Of a DNA stretch of 64,000 nucleotides, positions 50,246 to 62,411 are shown in pieces. The DNA comes from Raja brachyura (Eukaryota). The stretch spans positions 14,570,001 through 14,634,000 of the forward strand of contig OY740807.1 in the NCBI GenBank assembly GCA_963514005.1, read 5' to 3'. Every line of letters begins with the position of its first letter. The first letter of the stretch is position 1. The position numbers and the translations under genes were made by a program. The notes under the pieces are model-generated. The model made no database searches, had not been told where the DNA came from, and was given only the letters and a program-made list of their open reading frames with translations.

Positions 50246-51640
50246 AGGGCCTGTCCCACTTAGGCTATTTTTAGGCGACTACCGGCGACTGTCGTAGCAG
50301 GTCACCGAAAAAACGGCGACTGGACCCCCCCTTGACATAACATTTGAAATAGAATAATTACGGGAGCACCTCAAGGCTGCGTGCTCAGCCCCCTGCTGTA
50401 CTCACTCTATAATCATTACTGCATAGCCGGTCATAGTGCGAACTCCATCATCAAGTTCGCTGACGACACCACTGTTGTGGGACGTATCACTGATGGGGAT
50501 AAGTCAGAGTATAGAAGAGAGATCGAGCAACTGTCCATATGGTGCCAGCACAACAACCTGGCCCTCAACACCAGCAAAACCAAGGAACTGATTGTAGACT
50601 TTGGAAGGAGTAGGATGGGGACCCACAGTCCTGTTTATATCAATGGGTCGATGGTTGAAAGGGTCAAGAGCTTCAAATTCCTGGGCGTGCGCATCTGTGA
50701 AGATCTTTCCGGGTCCGAGAACACAGATGCAATTATTAAGAAAGCGCCTCTACTTCCTGAGAAGATTACGGAGAGCTGGTCTGTCAAGGAGGACTCTCTC
50801 TAACTTCTACAGGTGCACAGTAGAGAGCTTGCTGACCGGTTGCATCGTGGCTTGGTTCGGCAACTTGAGCGCCCTGGAGAGGAAAAGACTACAAAAAGTA
50901 GTAAACACTGCCCAGTCCATCATCGGCTCTGACCTTCCTTCCATCGAGGGGATCTACCACAGTCGCTGCCTCAAAAAGGCTGGCAGCACCATCAAGGACC
51001 CACACCACCCTGGCCACACACTCATCTCCCTGCTACCTTCGGGTAGAAGGTACAGGAGCCTGAGGACTGCAACGACCCGGTTCAGGAATAGCTACTTCCC
51101 CACAGCCATCAGGCTATTAAACTTCTCTCGGACAAAACTCTGAACATTAATATCCCTCCATCTGTTGTTTGCACTTTATTAATTTATTAATTCATGTATG
51201 TATTTACGTGTATAATTGTAGTCAATGCCTACTATGTTCGGTTGTGCTATGCAAAGAAAGAATTTCATTGTCCTGTCAGGGACACATGTCAATAAACTCT
51301 TTTGACTTGACTTTGACTCTGATTACTTTAACAACAAAAAAAAACAAAGTCTGCACCAGCGACAACCTACGTCACCTGGCAACACCCTACGTTAACCTGG
51401 TGACAACCTACATTAACCTGGCAACAACTACGACAGCACCTACGTCAGGAGAAGTCAAGCTACGCTCATTGGTGTCAAACCCACTGTCGCCGACTGCCTC
51501 TGAAAAATTTGTTGAAAATCCAGCGGTGATCAGAAAGACGATACGACACTTTGGGCGATTGAGGAGACCTCTCACGACCATGTGGCTACAGCCTAGTCGC
51601 CTGTAGTCATCTAAAAAATCACCTAAGTGGGACAGGCCCT
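50246..51640. mobile_element. Non-autonomous DNA transposon (TIR AGGGCCTGTCCCACTTAGG) carrying a nested LINE
   Basis: TIRs at 50246 and 51640, both flanked by CTAA; internal ~21-bp tandem repeats at 51360-51430. Confidence 0.85.
50360..51318 (+). mobile_element. Rex1/Babar-like non-LTR retrotransposon, 5'-truncated
   Basis: TGAPQGCVLSPLLYSLY..KFADDTTVVG..LALNTSKTKELIVDF..RLYFLRRLR..FYRCTVES..RFRNSYFPTAIRLLN; AATAAA followed by a (TTGAC)n tail; one frameshift. Confidence 0.9.
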
Positions 51641-53036
51641 CTAATGTAGCATGGATCCGGCCTTAAGATTAATGGCTTTTTGGAACCTTTTTGTGCCTTT
51701 GTTGCTGTTATTTTGCAAATGCTACTTCTGGTGAGTTCCACCTGCAATTCAATATTAACCTTTTCTTTATGTTTGGAATCTACCCTCATCTTCTACCATA
51801 AACTGCTGATGCAAACCTATCTTCCATATTCTTAATTTAATTCACAATTTTTATGTGTTTTTAAGAGGTTTGCACTGCTACTGACCTCTCATTTTTCTTT
51901 ATAACAATAACTATGAATCTGTTGATTTTAATTTCCCATATCTCATTTCAGATTTTTTGTTCTCCTTTCTGCAACTTTGGTCACTTCTTTCTTTTCTTTT
52001 ATCTTTCCCAATTGTCAGGATATTTGATAGTTTTATTTCCTTTAAGTATGCTTTTTCTTTTAGATTTTGTTTCCTCCCGGGTCACCACAGCTCTCTTTAT
52101 TATCTCTCAAATTAATCCCAGTAGGGCACAAAATGGTTCTAAATCACGTTAAATTATGAATATTTCCTCCTGCTCCATGAAAGCTTTACCTGTTATCAGA
52201 TTTGAACAATCTCCATCTCATCACACGGAAGCCAGTTTTACCCACAATTTGGGCCTCTGCGGCAGCTTTGCATTAATCCCCCCTGTATACAAAAGGAGTG
52301 AGGATTACAAGTAACTGTGAGAGTGGTATATGGGGTTATATTGTCAAAAGGACAGGATGTTCCTACATTGCCTTTACTTGTCAGTCAGAAAATGAAGCCA
52401 GTCTTTCAGACAGAGGGATTTTTTTCCCCTCAACAAATTATATAAAAAACAATTAATTTACTTAATGAGGAGGAACTATGATCAGGATATTAGGACAATT
52501 TAAACAGATCCACAGAACATTCAATTTGTAAATACACATGTATTTGAATCACTGAAGTTGTAAATTATACTACTGACTGATGCCTCTTTCAAAGAATTGT
52601 ATCTCTAAATTCAACATGGAACACTGCACTGGAAGAGAGGGAAATGCTCTCCCCGGATATCACCAAGTCTCCGCTCACTCCGGATGCTTCACTGACACAC
52701 ACTCTCACACACACACAGGCACACACATGGTTTATAGGGATATGGGCCAAATTCGGATAAATGGGACTATTTTAGATGGGGCATCTTGATCTGCATGGAC
52801 AATTTGGGATGAAGGGCCTGTTTCCATGCTATGACACATTGTAAAAAGGGTGCAATTGCTCTGGAGCGGATTCAGGGGCGATTTATGGAGATGTTGGCAC
52901 GTCTGGAATTTTATTTTCACTTTGAAGAAAGATTTGATAACTGGGATTGTATTCTCTGCCGCAACGGAGGTGAAGAAAATACTTAGTTGAGGTGAATAAT
53001 ATTATGAGAATAAGACCTATTTTGCTTAACAAAGAG

Positions 53037-53180
53037 TGTAGGAAGGAACTGCAGATGCTGATTTAAACTGAAAATAGACACTAAAAACTGGAATAACTCG
53101 GCAGGAAAGGCAGCATCTCTGGAGAGAAAGAATGGGTGATGTTTCAGGTCGAGACCTTCAGAATGAAGAGGTTGAAAACC
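53037..53180 (-). mobile_element. Penelope-derived short element (one arm plus remnant centre)
   Basis: TGTAGGAAGGAACTGCAGATGCTG...GGCAGCATCTCTGGAGAG...GTTTCAGGTCGAGACCTTCAG. Confidence 0.75.
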
Positions 53181-53301
53181 AGCCATAAAACACAATGACT
53201 GGAGATGTGTGTTATCCAACTAAGGGCAGAAATCAAAATCATGTGTTCATATTTATTGACGTGACACCATAATAAATATATTACAGAAAAAATAATTTAA
53301 T

Positions 53302-53582
53302 GGGGTGGCATGGCGGTGCAGCAGTAGAGTTGCTGCCTTATAGCACCACAGACCCAGATTTGATCCTGACTACGGGTGCTGTATGTACAGAATTTGACAT
53401 TCTCCCTATGACTACATGGGTTTTCTCTGGATATTCCGGTTTTGCCCACATCCAAAAGAAGTGCAGGTTTGTAGGTGAATTGGCTTCTGTAAATTGTTCC
53501 TGGTGTGTAGGGTGGAACTGGTGTATGGTAGATTGCTGGTCGATGTGGACTTGGTGAGCTGAAGGGCCTGATTCCATATATA
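53302..53582 (+). mobile_element. HE1-like SINE
   Basis: GGCATGGCGGTGCAGCAGTAGAGTTGCTGCC...TTTGATCCTGACTACGGGTGCTG...GAAGGGCCTG. Confidence 0.85.
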
Positions 53583-53909
53583 TGTTTTACAAGTCTTTAT
53601 GCTTGTTAATGAGAATTGTAACCTACTCAGAAGCACAGAAAGTCATGCAGCACAGAAACAGGCCTTTTGGCCCATCAAGTCCATGTCCAAGTTTTGTGCA
53701 GAATCTAAGGCAATTAATATGCCTGTGTCATCGGCAGATAAAAAGCCGCACTGGGCACCAATGCAAAACTAATTTAGGTAACCTCCTACAAATGATAGTT
53801 ATCATTACATTTAACCTTTTAAACCACATGAAATTTCAAATTTGGTATGAATGTGGCGCAATCTCCTGGTCAGAAGGAAATGTGTGCAATGGGGTGAGAG
53901 AAGAAAAAA

Positions 53910-54160
53910 AATTGCATTTATATAACTGCTTTTCATTTTGTTCAGAAAAATCTCAAAGAGCTTTGCTGTATGCCAACTGCTATTTTACTATCTATTTTAC
54001 AGACTGGAAAGAAATGATGACTGTAATTTTGCGGTATATGCAGGAAGAGCATCAGTCAGGGCAATGGGAGATCTATCTGATTAATAGGACCTCATCTTAA
54101 CATCTTATCCAAGGGGCAGCACCTCTACAAAAGCAGTACTCCCTCAGTACTACCCTGTAA
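53910..54160 (-). mobile_element. Deu-type SINE remnant
   Basis: TTGCATTTATATA (reverse complement of the 3' end) ...TTAACATCTTATCC...GCAGTACTCCCTCAGTACT. Confidence 0.55.
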
Positions 54161-55369
54161 AAATAGTTTAAATAGCATGACAGAAGGAAGAAAACATTAT
54201 TTTAATAATGATATATGTGACAGAATTTCCAGCAACTGAGACACACAGCATAAAGCTTTCAAATCTGTGTGGTTCAGGCATTTATAAATAGCAATCCTGT
54301 TGTACTCTGTCAGTTTAACAGGCATTTAAACAGCATTCTTCCTATTTGACAGAGTGCTACATCAAGGATATATGTATTTAATTTAATAAGCTTTGGTTTA
54401 CTCAGCACTGAAGAATTGTTTTCCATGATGGATTGGAGCACATTTCTGCTTAACGTTTGGTCAACAATGTCCTTACCTCTATCCTCCACATTTCATTAAG
54501 ATTGTTTGTTTGGGAAATCAATGCTATAATTAATCAAACTCAGATCAGTAAATTAGACTTAATTAACAAAAATCAGTAGAAGGCTACCACAGCAGCGAAA
54601 CAAAGAAAGAGCTCGAGTAGCTCAGTTGTGTAAATGATATATTAATCAGCTCAAATGTTGTTTAAATTGGCAACAAGTGATAGCGTTCAACCCATAAAAT
54701 AGGGCACCAACAAGGCTGAGAAGATGAGTGCTGAGACATATCCAATGGTGGTCATTAGATGCTGCCAAACTTGGGATTCAAAAATCTGCAGGGTGATGGT
54801 GATACTGAGGGATGTAAGGCACCCCATGGATAATTTTAATGTCAATGTTAAGTTAACAGGATTTTCATACAAATAAATGAAGCAATTGTCTGATAAAGCA
54901 GTATACTGTAATTCCCATGGTTTATTTCATTTCAATCTGGGAAATCTTTGACTCTTTGGGACATCATTTCCATTCTCCTTGGAATGCCTCAATGACTTCT
55001 AAAGTTAGGCACTTTTGCGATTTATTTTCCAAAATTGCATTTTGTTTTTCCACTGGTGGTCCAGATTTTGCCTAGTTGTGCATATCAAGACTTAAGAGAA
55101 GACGGATATGGATGAAAATGAAATTCAATGGCATGAATCTAAAATCTGCAACATTGTTGTATATGTTCCATTTTTAGGATGGTTGCAATATTTCACTGTA
55201 CTAAAGTACACTTCACTGCCATTCTTGCCTGTACTCAACTCACTGTTCCACGTTAAATTAATTGCTATTTAACGTGGTTGCATGGTTCAGAAACCTTCTC
55301 GTGTCAACGTGTCGCTTATACCTTCGATTTATTCATCACAAGAACACCCATTCCCACCCACCTCCCAAT

Positions 55370-55952
55370 AGTAGGTAAAACTGTTGCACCTGGAGTATTG
55401 AGTGTTGTTTTGGTCTCCTTAGCGAAAAGGATATTCTTATCATAGAAGGATAACAAAGGTTCACCATACTCCATCCCGGGATGGTAGGATTGTTGTATGA
55501 AGAGAGCTTAAATTTACTGGTCTTATATTCACTAGATTATAGAAGAATGAGAGACAAACCCCTTTGAAATATACAAAGTTCTGACATATTGGAGATAATG
55601 GGGTTTTAAATATGTGGGTCAGAGAATCAAGATATATGTAACATTCTTAGGACTGTGATGAGGAGAAATTTCTCCACAATAAATCTGTGGAACAGTCCCT
55701 CACAGAATGGGGAGGCCAAGACACCAAATACACATTTTCCAAACACGAAAAGCACCAAGGTGTAGAAGGAGAGAGTAGCAACGGAGGATCTACCATGACC
55801 ATAATGAATGGTGGAGCAGGCTTGACAGATAAAAGAATCCATTCCTGCTCTTAGTTTCACTGCTTCTATGTACTGTTAAAGTTTCCGGAATTCTTTCTAA
55901 GTAGTAATTCGAAGAGCCGAATGGCCTACTCCTGCACCTATTTTCTATTTTC
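55370..55952 (+). mobile_element. Old CR1 3' fragment plus a short CR1 tail
   Basis: HLEY..LFWSP...GM.GL.YEE.L..L.LYSL; GGCCTACTCCTGCACCTATTTTCTA tail at ~55920. Confidence 0.7.
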
Positions 55953-56739
55953 TAGTAGCAGTGCTCTGCTACCTCGCCTCAGCCTCTGTCTCTGTCCTCC
56001 TGCCATTTGTTCTCTTGCTGTTTTAATTTTCTTCAGTGGTTTACGACCTTGCATTGTTGCAATGGAGTTCATTGCAAAGACCAATCATCGTTAAGAAGCC
56101 ATGACCAACCACCTTGAGATCTGGTGGGAAGGTACTGTGAACTTTGCTATCAGTTTTGCCTACTTCAAATATACTTTGAAGTGGTCTACTTCAAATTACA
56201 AGTCTACTTTAAATGGCTGCTTTCGAATAAGGTCCTGGTACTTCTATGGCATGGGTCTGACTCCAAATCAGATTTAGGAAACCTCTTCCCATCAATGACT
56301 ACAAGGTTTACAGGCGATATATGTTTAGACACACTAAATCCATGAGCTGAGGGCACAGTGTGCTCAGTGCAAACATAATATTCTGAGGCTAACTAACCAA
56401 ATAAAGGTATGGCAGCCAAGAAGAATGAAAATGATGTGTACAGTAATTAAAGGGACACAGTAAGGTAGTACATTGAACTCTACATTATGCCTGACGCAAT
56501 ACTTTAATAGGAAAGAAAGTAATGCAATTAGTTATTTGACAGCCCTATTCACAGATGTTGGCAGTTAATATAGTTCAGTATAGTTCTGAAATTACTTGAG
56601 ATATTATTATTCAGAGGATATCTCAGGTTAAATCCACCTTATCTATTCTGAAGGTCTGTGTGGAGAATTGAATGGTACCTCTGGAAGAGCAGCAAATTCT
56701 GCTCATTTGCTGGACATAGATCTTTTCATAAATAATTGC

Positions 56740-56932
56740 TACAAAACAAAACGGTTGGAAATATTCAGCTAGTCAGTCAGCATCTCCGGAGAGAGGAACA
56801 GACGTTTCAGATCAATGACTCTTCATCAGAAAATTGATGAAAAAGAGATTCTGAAGAAGAGTCATGGACCTGAAACGTTATTTCTGTTTCTCTCCCCACA
56901 GTTGCCACCTGAGCTGAGTTTTCCAGCACTTC
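56740..56932. mobile_element. Older palindromic Penelope-type element with hammerhead-like cores on both strands
   Basis: Minus strand CTGATGAAGAGTCATTGATCTGAAACGTC; plus strand CTGAAGAAGAGTCATGGACCTGAAACGTT; degenerate arms. Confidence 0.65.
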
Positions 56933-57297
56933 ACAAATCCTGAAAATCCGAAATCAAATAGTTTCTAATTTATAATAATCAACAGCTGGTTCATTGCATT
57001 TGTAATTGGATTTGATCTGCGTGGATCCAATGCCATTTTATGCCATTTAAATGCCATTGGTGCAACTTTGAAGATTTCCTAAGGTGCGACAGAGTGCTAG
57101 GCTTTCTCCTCTGTTAAATCCTAAAGTATACAAACATATTCAATGGGCACCACTGTACACCTGAAATGTCATGAAACACTTTGAAAACCCTAACTCACGT
57201 CAGTATTACACATTGTCCCAAGATTGCCTGCAAAACCTGGAAATTGGGTGGCAATTGTTAACGTAGGAATTGCATTCTGTAAAATCAGAACTATTGA

Positions 57298-57351
57298 GGG
57301 GTGGAAGATTGCAACCTTCACGTGGTCTGCCCTGTTTTGACTAATGCAATC
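57298..57351 (+). ncRNA. Predicted minimal HDV-like self-cleaving ribozyme
   Basis: P1 GGGGTGG/CTGCCCT, P2 GATTGCA/TGCAATC, P3 ACC/GGT, L3 TTCACGT, J4/2 CTAA (C57341). Confidence 0.72.
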
Positions 57352-57419
57352 AACTCGACGTGCACAAACGGAAGATCAAATAGAACAAGTTGTCCAACAA
57401 CTTTAGGCACGCCACACGA

Positions 57420-57453
<34 letters not shown>

Positions 57454-57500
57454 AGAAGAAGAAGAAGAAGAAGAAGAAGAAGAAGAAGAAGAAGAAGAAG
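57298..57500 (+). mobile_element. Short non-autonomous retroposon with 5' HDV-like ribozyme and long (GAA)n tail, copy 2
   Basis: TSD AACTATTGAG (57289-57298 and 57501-57510); the body matches copy 1; ~80-nt GAA tract. Confidence 0.85.
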
Positions 57501-57677
57501 AACTATTGAGCACAAACCCATCTGCTGCGTCAAGGTATCCCTAATTATTATCCGTCACCACTCCTAGTCCACATGTAGCAGAAAACAGTCTATAATGAGC
57601 AATTGCTCCATCCAATATAAGGGCGAACTAAATTTGGCACACATAATCAACTTGGCATGACAGTCAAAGAAAGTCTT

Positions 57678-57989
57678 AGAGCATGGAAACAGGCCCTTCA
57701 GCCCAACGAGGCCATGCTGACCATCAACCTGTTTACATTAATCCTGCATTATTCCCACTTTGTTTGATTTTCATCACATTTCCATCAACTTCTGTCAGAA
57801 TGAACCACTCACCTACACACACACAATTAACCTACACTTTTTTGTGATGCTCTTACACAGCACCTGTAAGAACCCCATGTGGTCACAGAGAGAATTTGAA
57901 AACTCCACACAGACAGCACCCAACATCAGGATCAAACCTGGATCTCTGGCACTGTGAGGCAGTGGGTCTACTAACTGTGTCACTGTGCT
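57678..57989 (-). mobile_element. HE1-like SINE
   Basis: GCATGGAAACAGGCCCTTCAGCCC tail ... AAACTCCACACAGACAGCACCC...CAGGATCAAACCTGG head. Confidence 0.8.
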
Positions 57990-59299
57990 TTCGCAAGGTA
58001 CTGAAAACAGCATGCTACCGAGGCTGAGTAAGGATGAAATTAGTGCAGCATGTGGGCTAACTGACACAACACAAACTCTCTTCACAGAATGCATTTGAAC
58101 TTTGTTTTCTTTTAAGTGTTTAAATTAAATAGAATTAATTTATTGGCTGGTCAAAGTCTTTGAGTGGCTGTTGCCATGTGAACCCAAAAACCCATAACCT
58201 TAACTTCCTGAAACCCTTATCTGGTACTTGTGTTGAGTGGATGTCAGAGTCTCTAAATTAGAAATCTGAAGGGTCTTTGTCATCCTTCCGTTGTGGTTAT
58301 AATTGTCATCTGCATTATTCTTCCTGTCTTCCATATAAAGTAGTCCAATCAATAGGTTTCAGCCAGTCGAGAGGTTACCTTTATTATGAGTAGTTTCCGC
58401 CTTTGTGGGTACTACCTTTGGAATAATTTAATCTAAGAATTATTAGGCAGTCAAAATGGAGCCATCGAGCCAAATTTGGCTTAAAATAAACCAAGTTTGG
58501 GTTTACTGACTTGACCTTACTCTATAAAATACAATGTTTGGAGCCAAATATTTTAATACAGAGCTAAAATTACCCAGAGGATATGTCTTTACCCATGACA
58601 CTACTCCCCTTTTCTGTTGGCTCCAAGTGGACTTAATAATAATTTGCATGACTGGAATATCAAAACTGCGCTTGTTCATCTGTGAGAGAACCATTCTCAC
58701 AAACAACCTGAAAATAGTTAAAGTGAACTGTAGAGCTCAAGCCGATATCTGCAAGGTACTATCAACTGGTTTTATAGCACTATGGGAAATATGGACTTTA
58801 AATGATCGTATAAAATGCAGTTTCTATTTCTCTAACCATTAAAAGTCTCTTCTAATCTTTTGCTTCATTTAAGTCAATGAGTTAAGTATCAATAGCTTGC
58901 CTGAGCTGCTGCCTTCCCTTTATCACCAGCATCAAAGCTCTTAACGTTCGAAACTCTAAACATGATGCGAATGTTGTGTAGGTCCAATAGTATATCTGAA
59001 TGTTGGGATTGAACTGTTGCCCATGTCCAGAAGGATTTTTGCATATCCTTAAGCAATATGCCTAAAATTAGTTTCCCCATTTCCTTTCCCCAGTTTTACC
59101 TGTTTCACGTGCTTTTTTCCTTTAATCGTATCCCTATTTTTTAGCCTTTCATTTTTAATTTCCTCTGACAAAGGGGTGTTCCCACCTTCTGGAACACCTG
59201 CAAACGTACTCTTGCAATGCTATTGAGTAATGCACAAATTGCTGGAGGAACTCAGCGGGTCAGGCAGCATCTGTGGAGGGAATGGAACTAGGTAGGATG

Positions 59300-60330
59300 T
59301 TTCATGATTTAGACACGGCAATGGTGAAAACGCAGTGATACATATAATGTTGTACCTGGGGTAAACCTGCGAGTGGTAGCATTTCCACGCTCCCATTACT
59401 TTTACCCTTGCATGTAATGCCGGTCACAGAATTGAAAGCTAGGGTAGATTCAGCACACAATCACAGTTCATTTTGTGCTGAAGATAAAGGGAGTCAATGT
59501 TCAGAGATGTACTAATCAATAGAAATTATGTGTTTAGTTAGGAGTAGAGCCTCCTGAACACTATTGGAGTTTGTGGGAAAAATTTACAAAAATGGAGAAT
59601 ATACCAAGAGAGTCCTGCCTCATGTCTTAGTAGAAGTCAAAAGGTGAGTTGCTCTCCCTGGGAAACCCAGACTCAGACTAGATCTCGTCTCTGCATAATG
59701 TTTTTCGACAATGGTGACCCCTGGGTATGTTGATGGTGGTGATTTGGTGGAGGTGATATTGATAAGTGTCATCAGTGAGTGGTTAGATGTTCTCTAAGTG
59801 CACATGGCATTTGTTGGCAATTGTGTAAAACAATTTGTAGGCCACTTCTCAGCCCATGCCTCAATGTTGCCTGGATCATACAGTTGTAGGGCAGTTTTAA
59901 TATCTGAGGACTTTTGATTGAGATTCAAAACTCTTCAATCATCCTATTTTCTGACAATGCAATGGAGGGAAGGTCATTGTTGAACTAGCTGAAGAAACCA
60001 CTTCAACAATGTTTGGGTCTAAAGCAAGTATTCCACTGAGGTCCTGCATGATGACCTGGGGTTGCAATATTGATTTCCATATATCAATCCACCTTCTTTC
60101 AAGTGACTCAAGCCAGGAGAATACTCTCCTCGTGACTCCCTCCCACCTCTTCTCCCCATTTGTCTTCAATGTTTTACCAAGATTTCTCAATATGGCATTG
60201 TCAAATTTAGCCTCGGTCAAGGTTAGCCACTCTAATTTTGTCCATGAAATTCTGCTCTTTAGTCAATTTTTGGAGCAAGGCTGTAGTGATGTCCAGAATC
60301 AGATGGTTCCTGGTAGTCCAAAATTTATCT
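59300..60330 (-). mobile_element. Old CR1-group LINE fragment (same family as 24560-25500)
   Basis: The reverse complement has decayed PQGS.LGP..FS.F.NDLP (GGAAGGTCATTGTTGAACTAGCTGAAG); colinear with the 24.9-kb copy. Confidence 0.55.
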
Positions 60331-60874
60331 GAGATGGATATCAGGGAAAGTGCGAGTGAGAGATTGACCTAAACTTGCAAAGTTTAGAATCCTGAAGCAG
60401 CAAGAGTTCCCATCAGGATCTGGAAAATGTCAGACAGTGGGTGTGAGTGTTTCTGATGAAGGGCCTCTAAATGAATCATTAACCTGCTTTATTTTCTTTT
60501 CATGTGCACCCGGACCTGCACTTTTGACAAGCACACTATGTATAATTTCATAAATGTCACATGGAATTGATAAAATTCAAACTAATTAGTTTCCTGTATT
60601 AACCAAGCCTAAATTAAGGATATTAGAAATGGGTTTGATTGGCTGAAAAAGATCAGAAACAAAAAAAAAAGGTTCCACATGAAAGGTCCTTATATGGAGC
60701 CTTTTCATGCAGGAAATGGGAGAGAGTTTGAGAAGACAAATGGTACGTTTTCGACGAGGTACATTTTGAAGGTGGGTGGAGATGGTGCAAATCAAGGATG
60801 CTGACAGAAAAAACTACAGAGAGCGGGAGCATGAGATGGAGGCAAACTCTGATGATGCCCATGCACAGAAAAGC

Positions 60875-61150
60875 AGTCATAGAGTTTTACAGCCAGAGAC
60901 AGGCCCTGCAGCCCAACTCGTCCAACCAGTATGCCTTCTTAATTTGTCTGCATGTGGTCCATATCCCACTTAACCTTACTTATGAACCTGTCCAAATGTC
61001 TTTTAAATGATATACGTAATTGTTCCTGCCTTTACCACTTCTTCTGGCAGCTCATTCCACAGTCCCACCACCCTCTGTGTGAGAAACCTGCCCTTCAGGT
61101 CCCCTTTATATCTTTTCCTCTTGCCTAAATCTGTGCCCTATAAATTCTCA
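60875..61150 (-). mobile_element. CR1 3' end
   Basis: CAGGCCCTGCAGCCCAAC...TTCTGGCAGCTCATTCCAC..CACCACCCTCTGTGTGAG is the reverse complement of FTQRVV..WNELP. Confidence 0.75.
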
Positions 61151-61235
61151 CTATGGAGGATATTGTAGTTAGAGAATTCAGGAAAGGGTTTGTTTAATAT
61201 TTCCTCTGAATAGGAGGAGGTATTAAACGTCTTAT

Positions 61236-61378
61236 GGGCCTGTCCCACTTAGGCGATTTTTCAGCGCACTGCCAGTGACTGTCAATTTGCCGGCAGTCGC
61301 CTGAAAAACCGGGAACTGGAACGGCGACTGTCAGAGTGGAACACACACAGACACATCGAGTAACGATTAAGTGGGAAG
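61236..61378. mobile_element. Truncated MITE of the GGGCCTGTCCCACT family
   Basis: TTA-TGGGCCTGTCCCACTTAGGCGATTTTT matches the left end of the 50246 element; no clear right TIR. Confidence 0.7.
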
Positions 61379-61471
61379 ACAACCACGGACCGCAAATGAC
61401 CAACTGTGAGCATCCTGTGTGTGCTGTTGACTGTATGTAACGTTGAAGTTATAGAATCAACAATTAAATAT

Positions 61472-61770
61472 GCACAGTGGCACACCTGGTTGAGCTGCTG
61501 CCTCACGGGGCTAGAGACCTGGGTTCGATCCTGACCTCGGGTGCTGTCTGTATGGAATCTGCACATTCCCTGTCACTGTGTTGCTTTCCTCACACATCCC
61601 AAAGATGTGCAGGTTTGTAAGTTAATAGGCCTCTGCAATTTGCCTCTAGTGTGCAGGGAGTGGATGCGAAAGTGGGGAAATATAGAACTAATGTGAAAGG
61701 GTGATCGATGGTTGGTGAGGACTCGGTGGGCCGAAGAGCCTGTCTCCTTGCTGTATCTTTTAATCAATTC
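61472..61770 (+). mobile_element. HE1-like SINE
   Basis: GCACAGTGGC...GGGTTCGATCC (B box)...core...GGGCCGAAGAGCCTG...TCAA tail. Confidence 0.85.
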
Positions 61771-62411
61771 AATCATGCAACATGCACTTGCAACATAATG
61801 CATTTTTGGAAGTGATTTGCAGCACAAATGTTCCCATAATGTATAAGATGGAAATATTCACATGATTGCTGTTGCATATTTCCCAGTGACTGATGACATA
61901 GTATCAACAGAAGACTGAGCTCTGTGGAGAGGGACAATCAGCGGCTGAGAAATGGAAAGGGTAAATGCATCATTCAAAAATAATTAACAACATGGAAGCT
62001 TTATAAAACATGTCACATTTTACATGTATCCATACACATTTATTACAATGGATCACTGGGAAATTTGGCGATCAACAAAAATCTTTAAACATTCCTTTGC
62101 TTGCGATACTGTGTCTCACATGCATAATCCCAGGACTGATCTATCATCGATGATCCGCTTATCGAATCCATTGGACTCAATGAACTCACACTTTAGAAAT
62201 AAATTAATTTAGCTACCCAGAAATCCCAAAGCACTCCACAATCACCAACTTCTTTCCCAAAGTGCAATCACTTTGAACACAAATTTGAAAATCAAATTGT
62301 AATCAAGAAAGATCCAACAAAAAAAATCACCAACTCCTGCTGCGGATGTTGACACGGAAGAATAACTCGGGGTACATGATGAACTCAATGCTGTTATCTG
62401 AAATATATTAA

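Noticed and set aside
51360-51435. ~21-bp repeats as a possible CRISPR-like array
   Set aside because: Head-to-tail degenerate tandem repeats without unique spacers, inside a eukaryotic MITE.
53582-54100. 172-aa ORF as a host gene
   Set aside because: It spans a CR1-tail fragment and a Deu-SINE remnant, with no recognisable domain or splice context.
57301-57567. Poly-Arg (protamine-like) ORF and the antisense poly-Leu ORF
   Set aside because: Both are translations of the (GAA)n tail of the SINE; the same artefact gives poly-Ser/Leu ORFs at 10356-10589.
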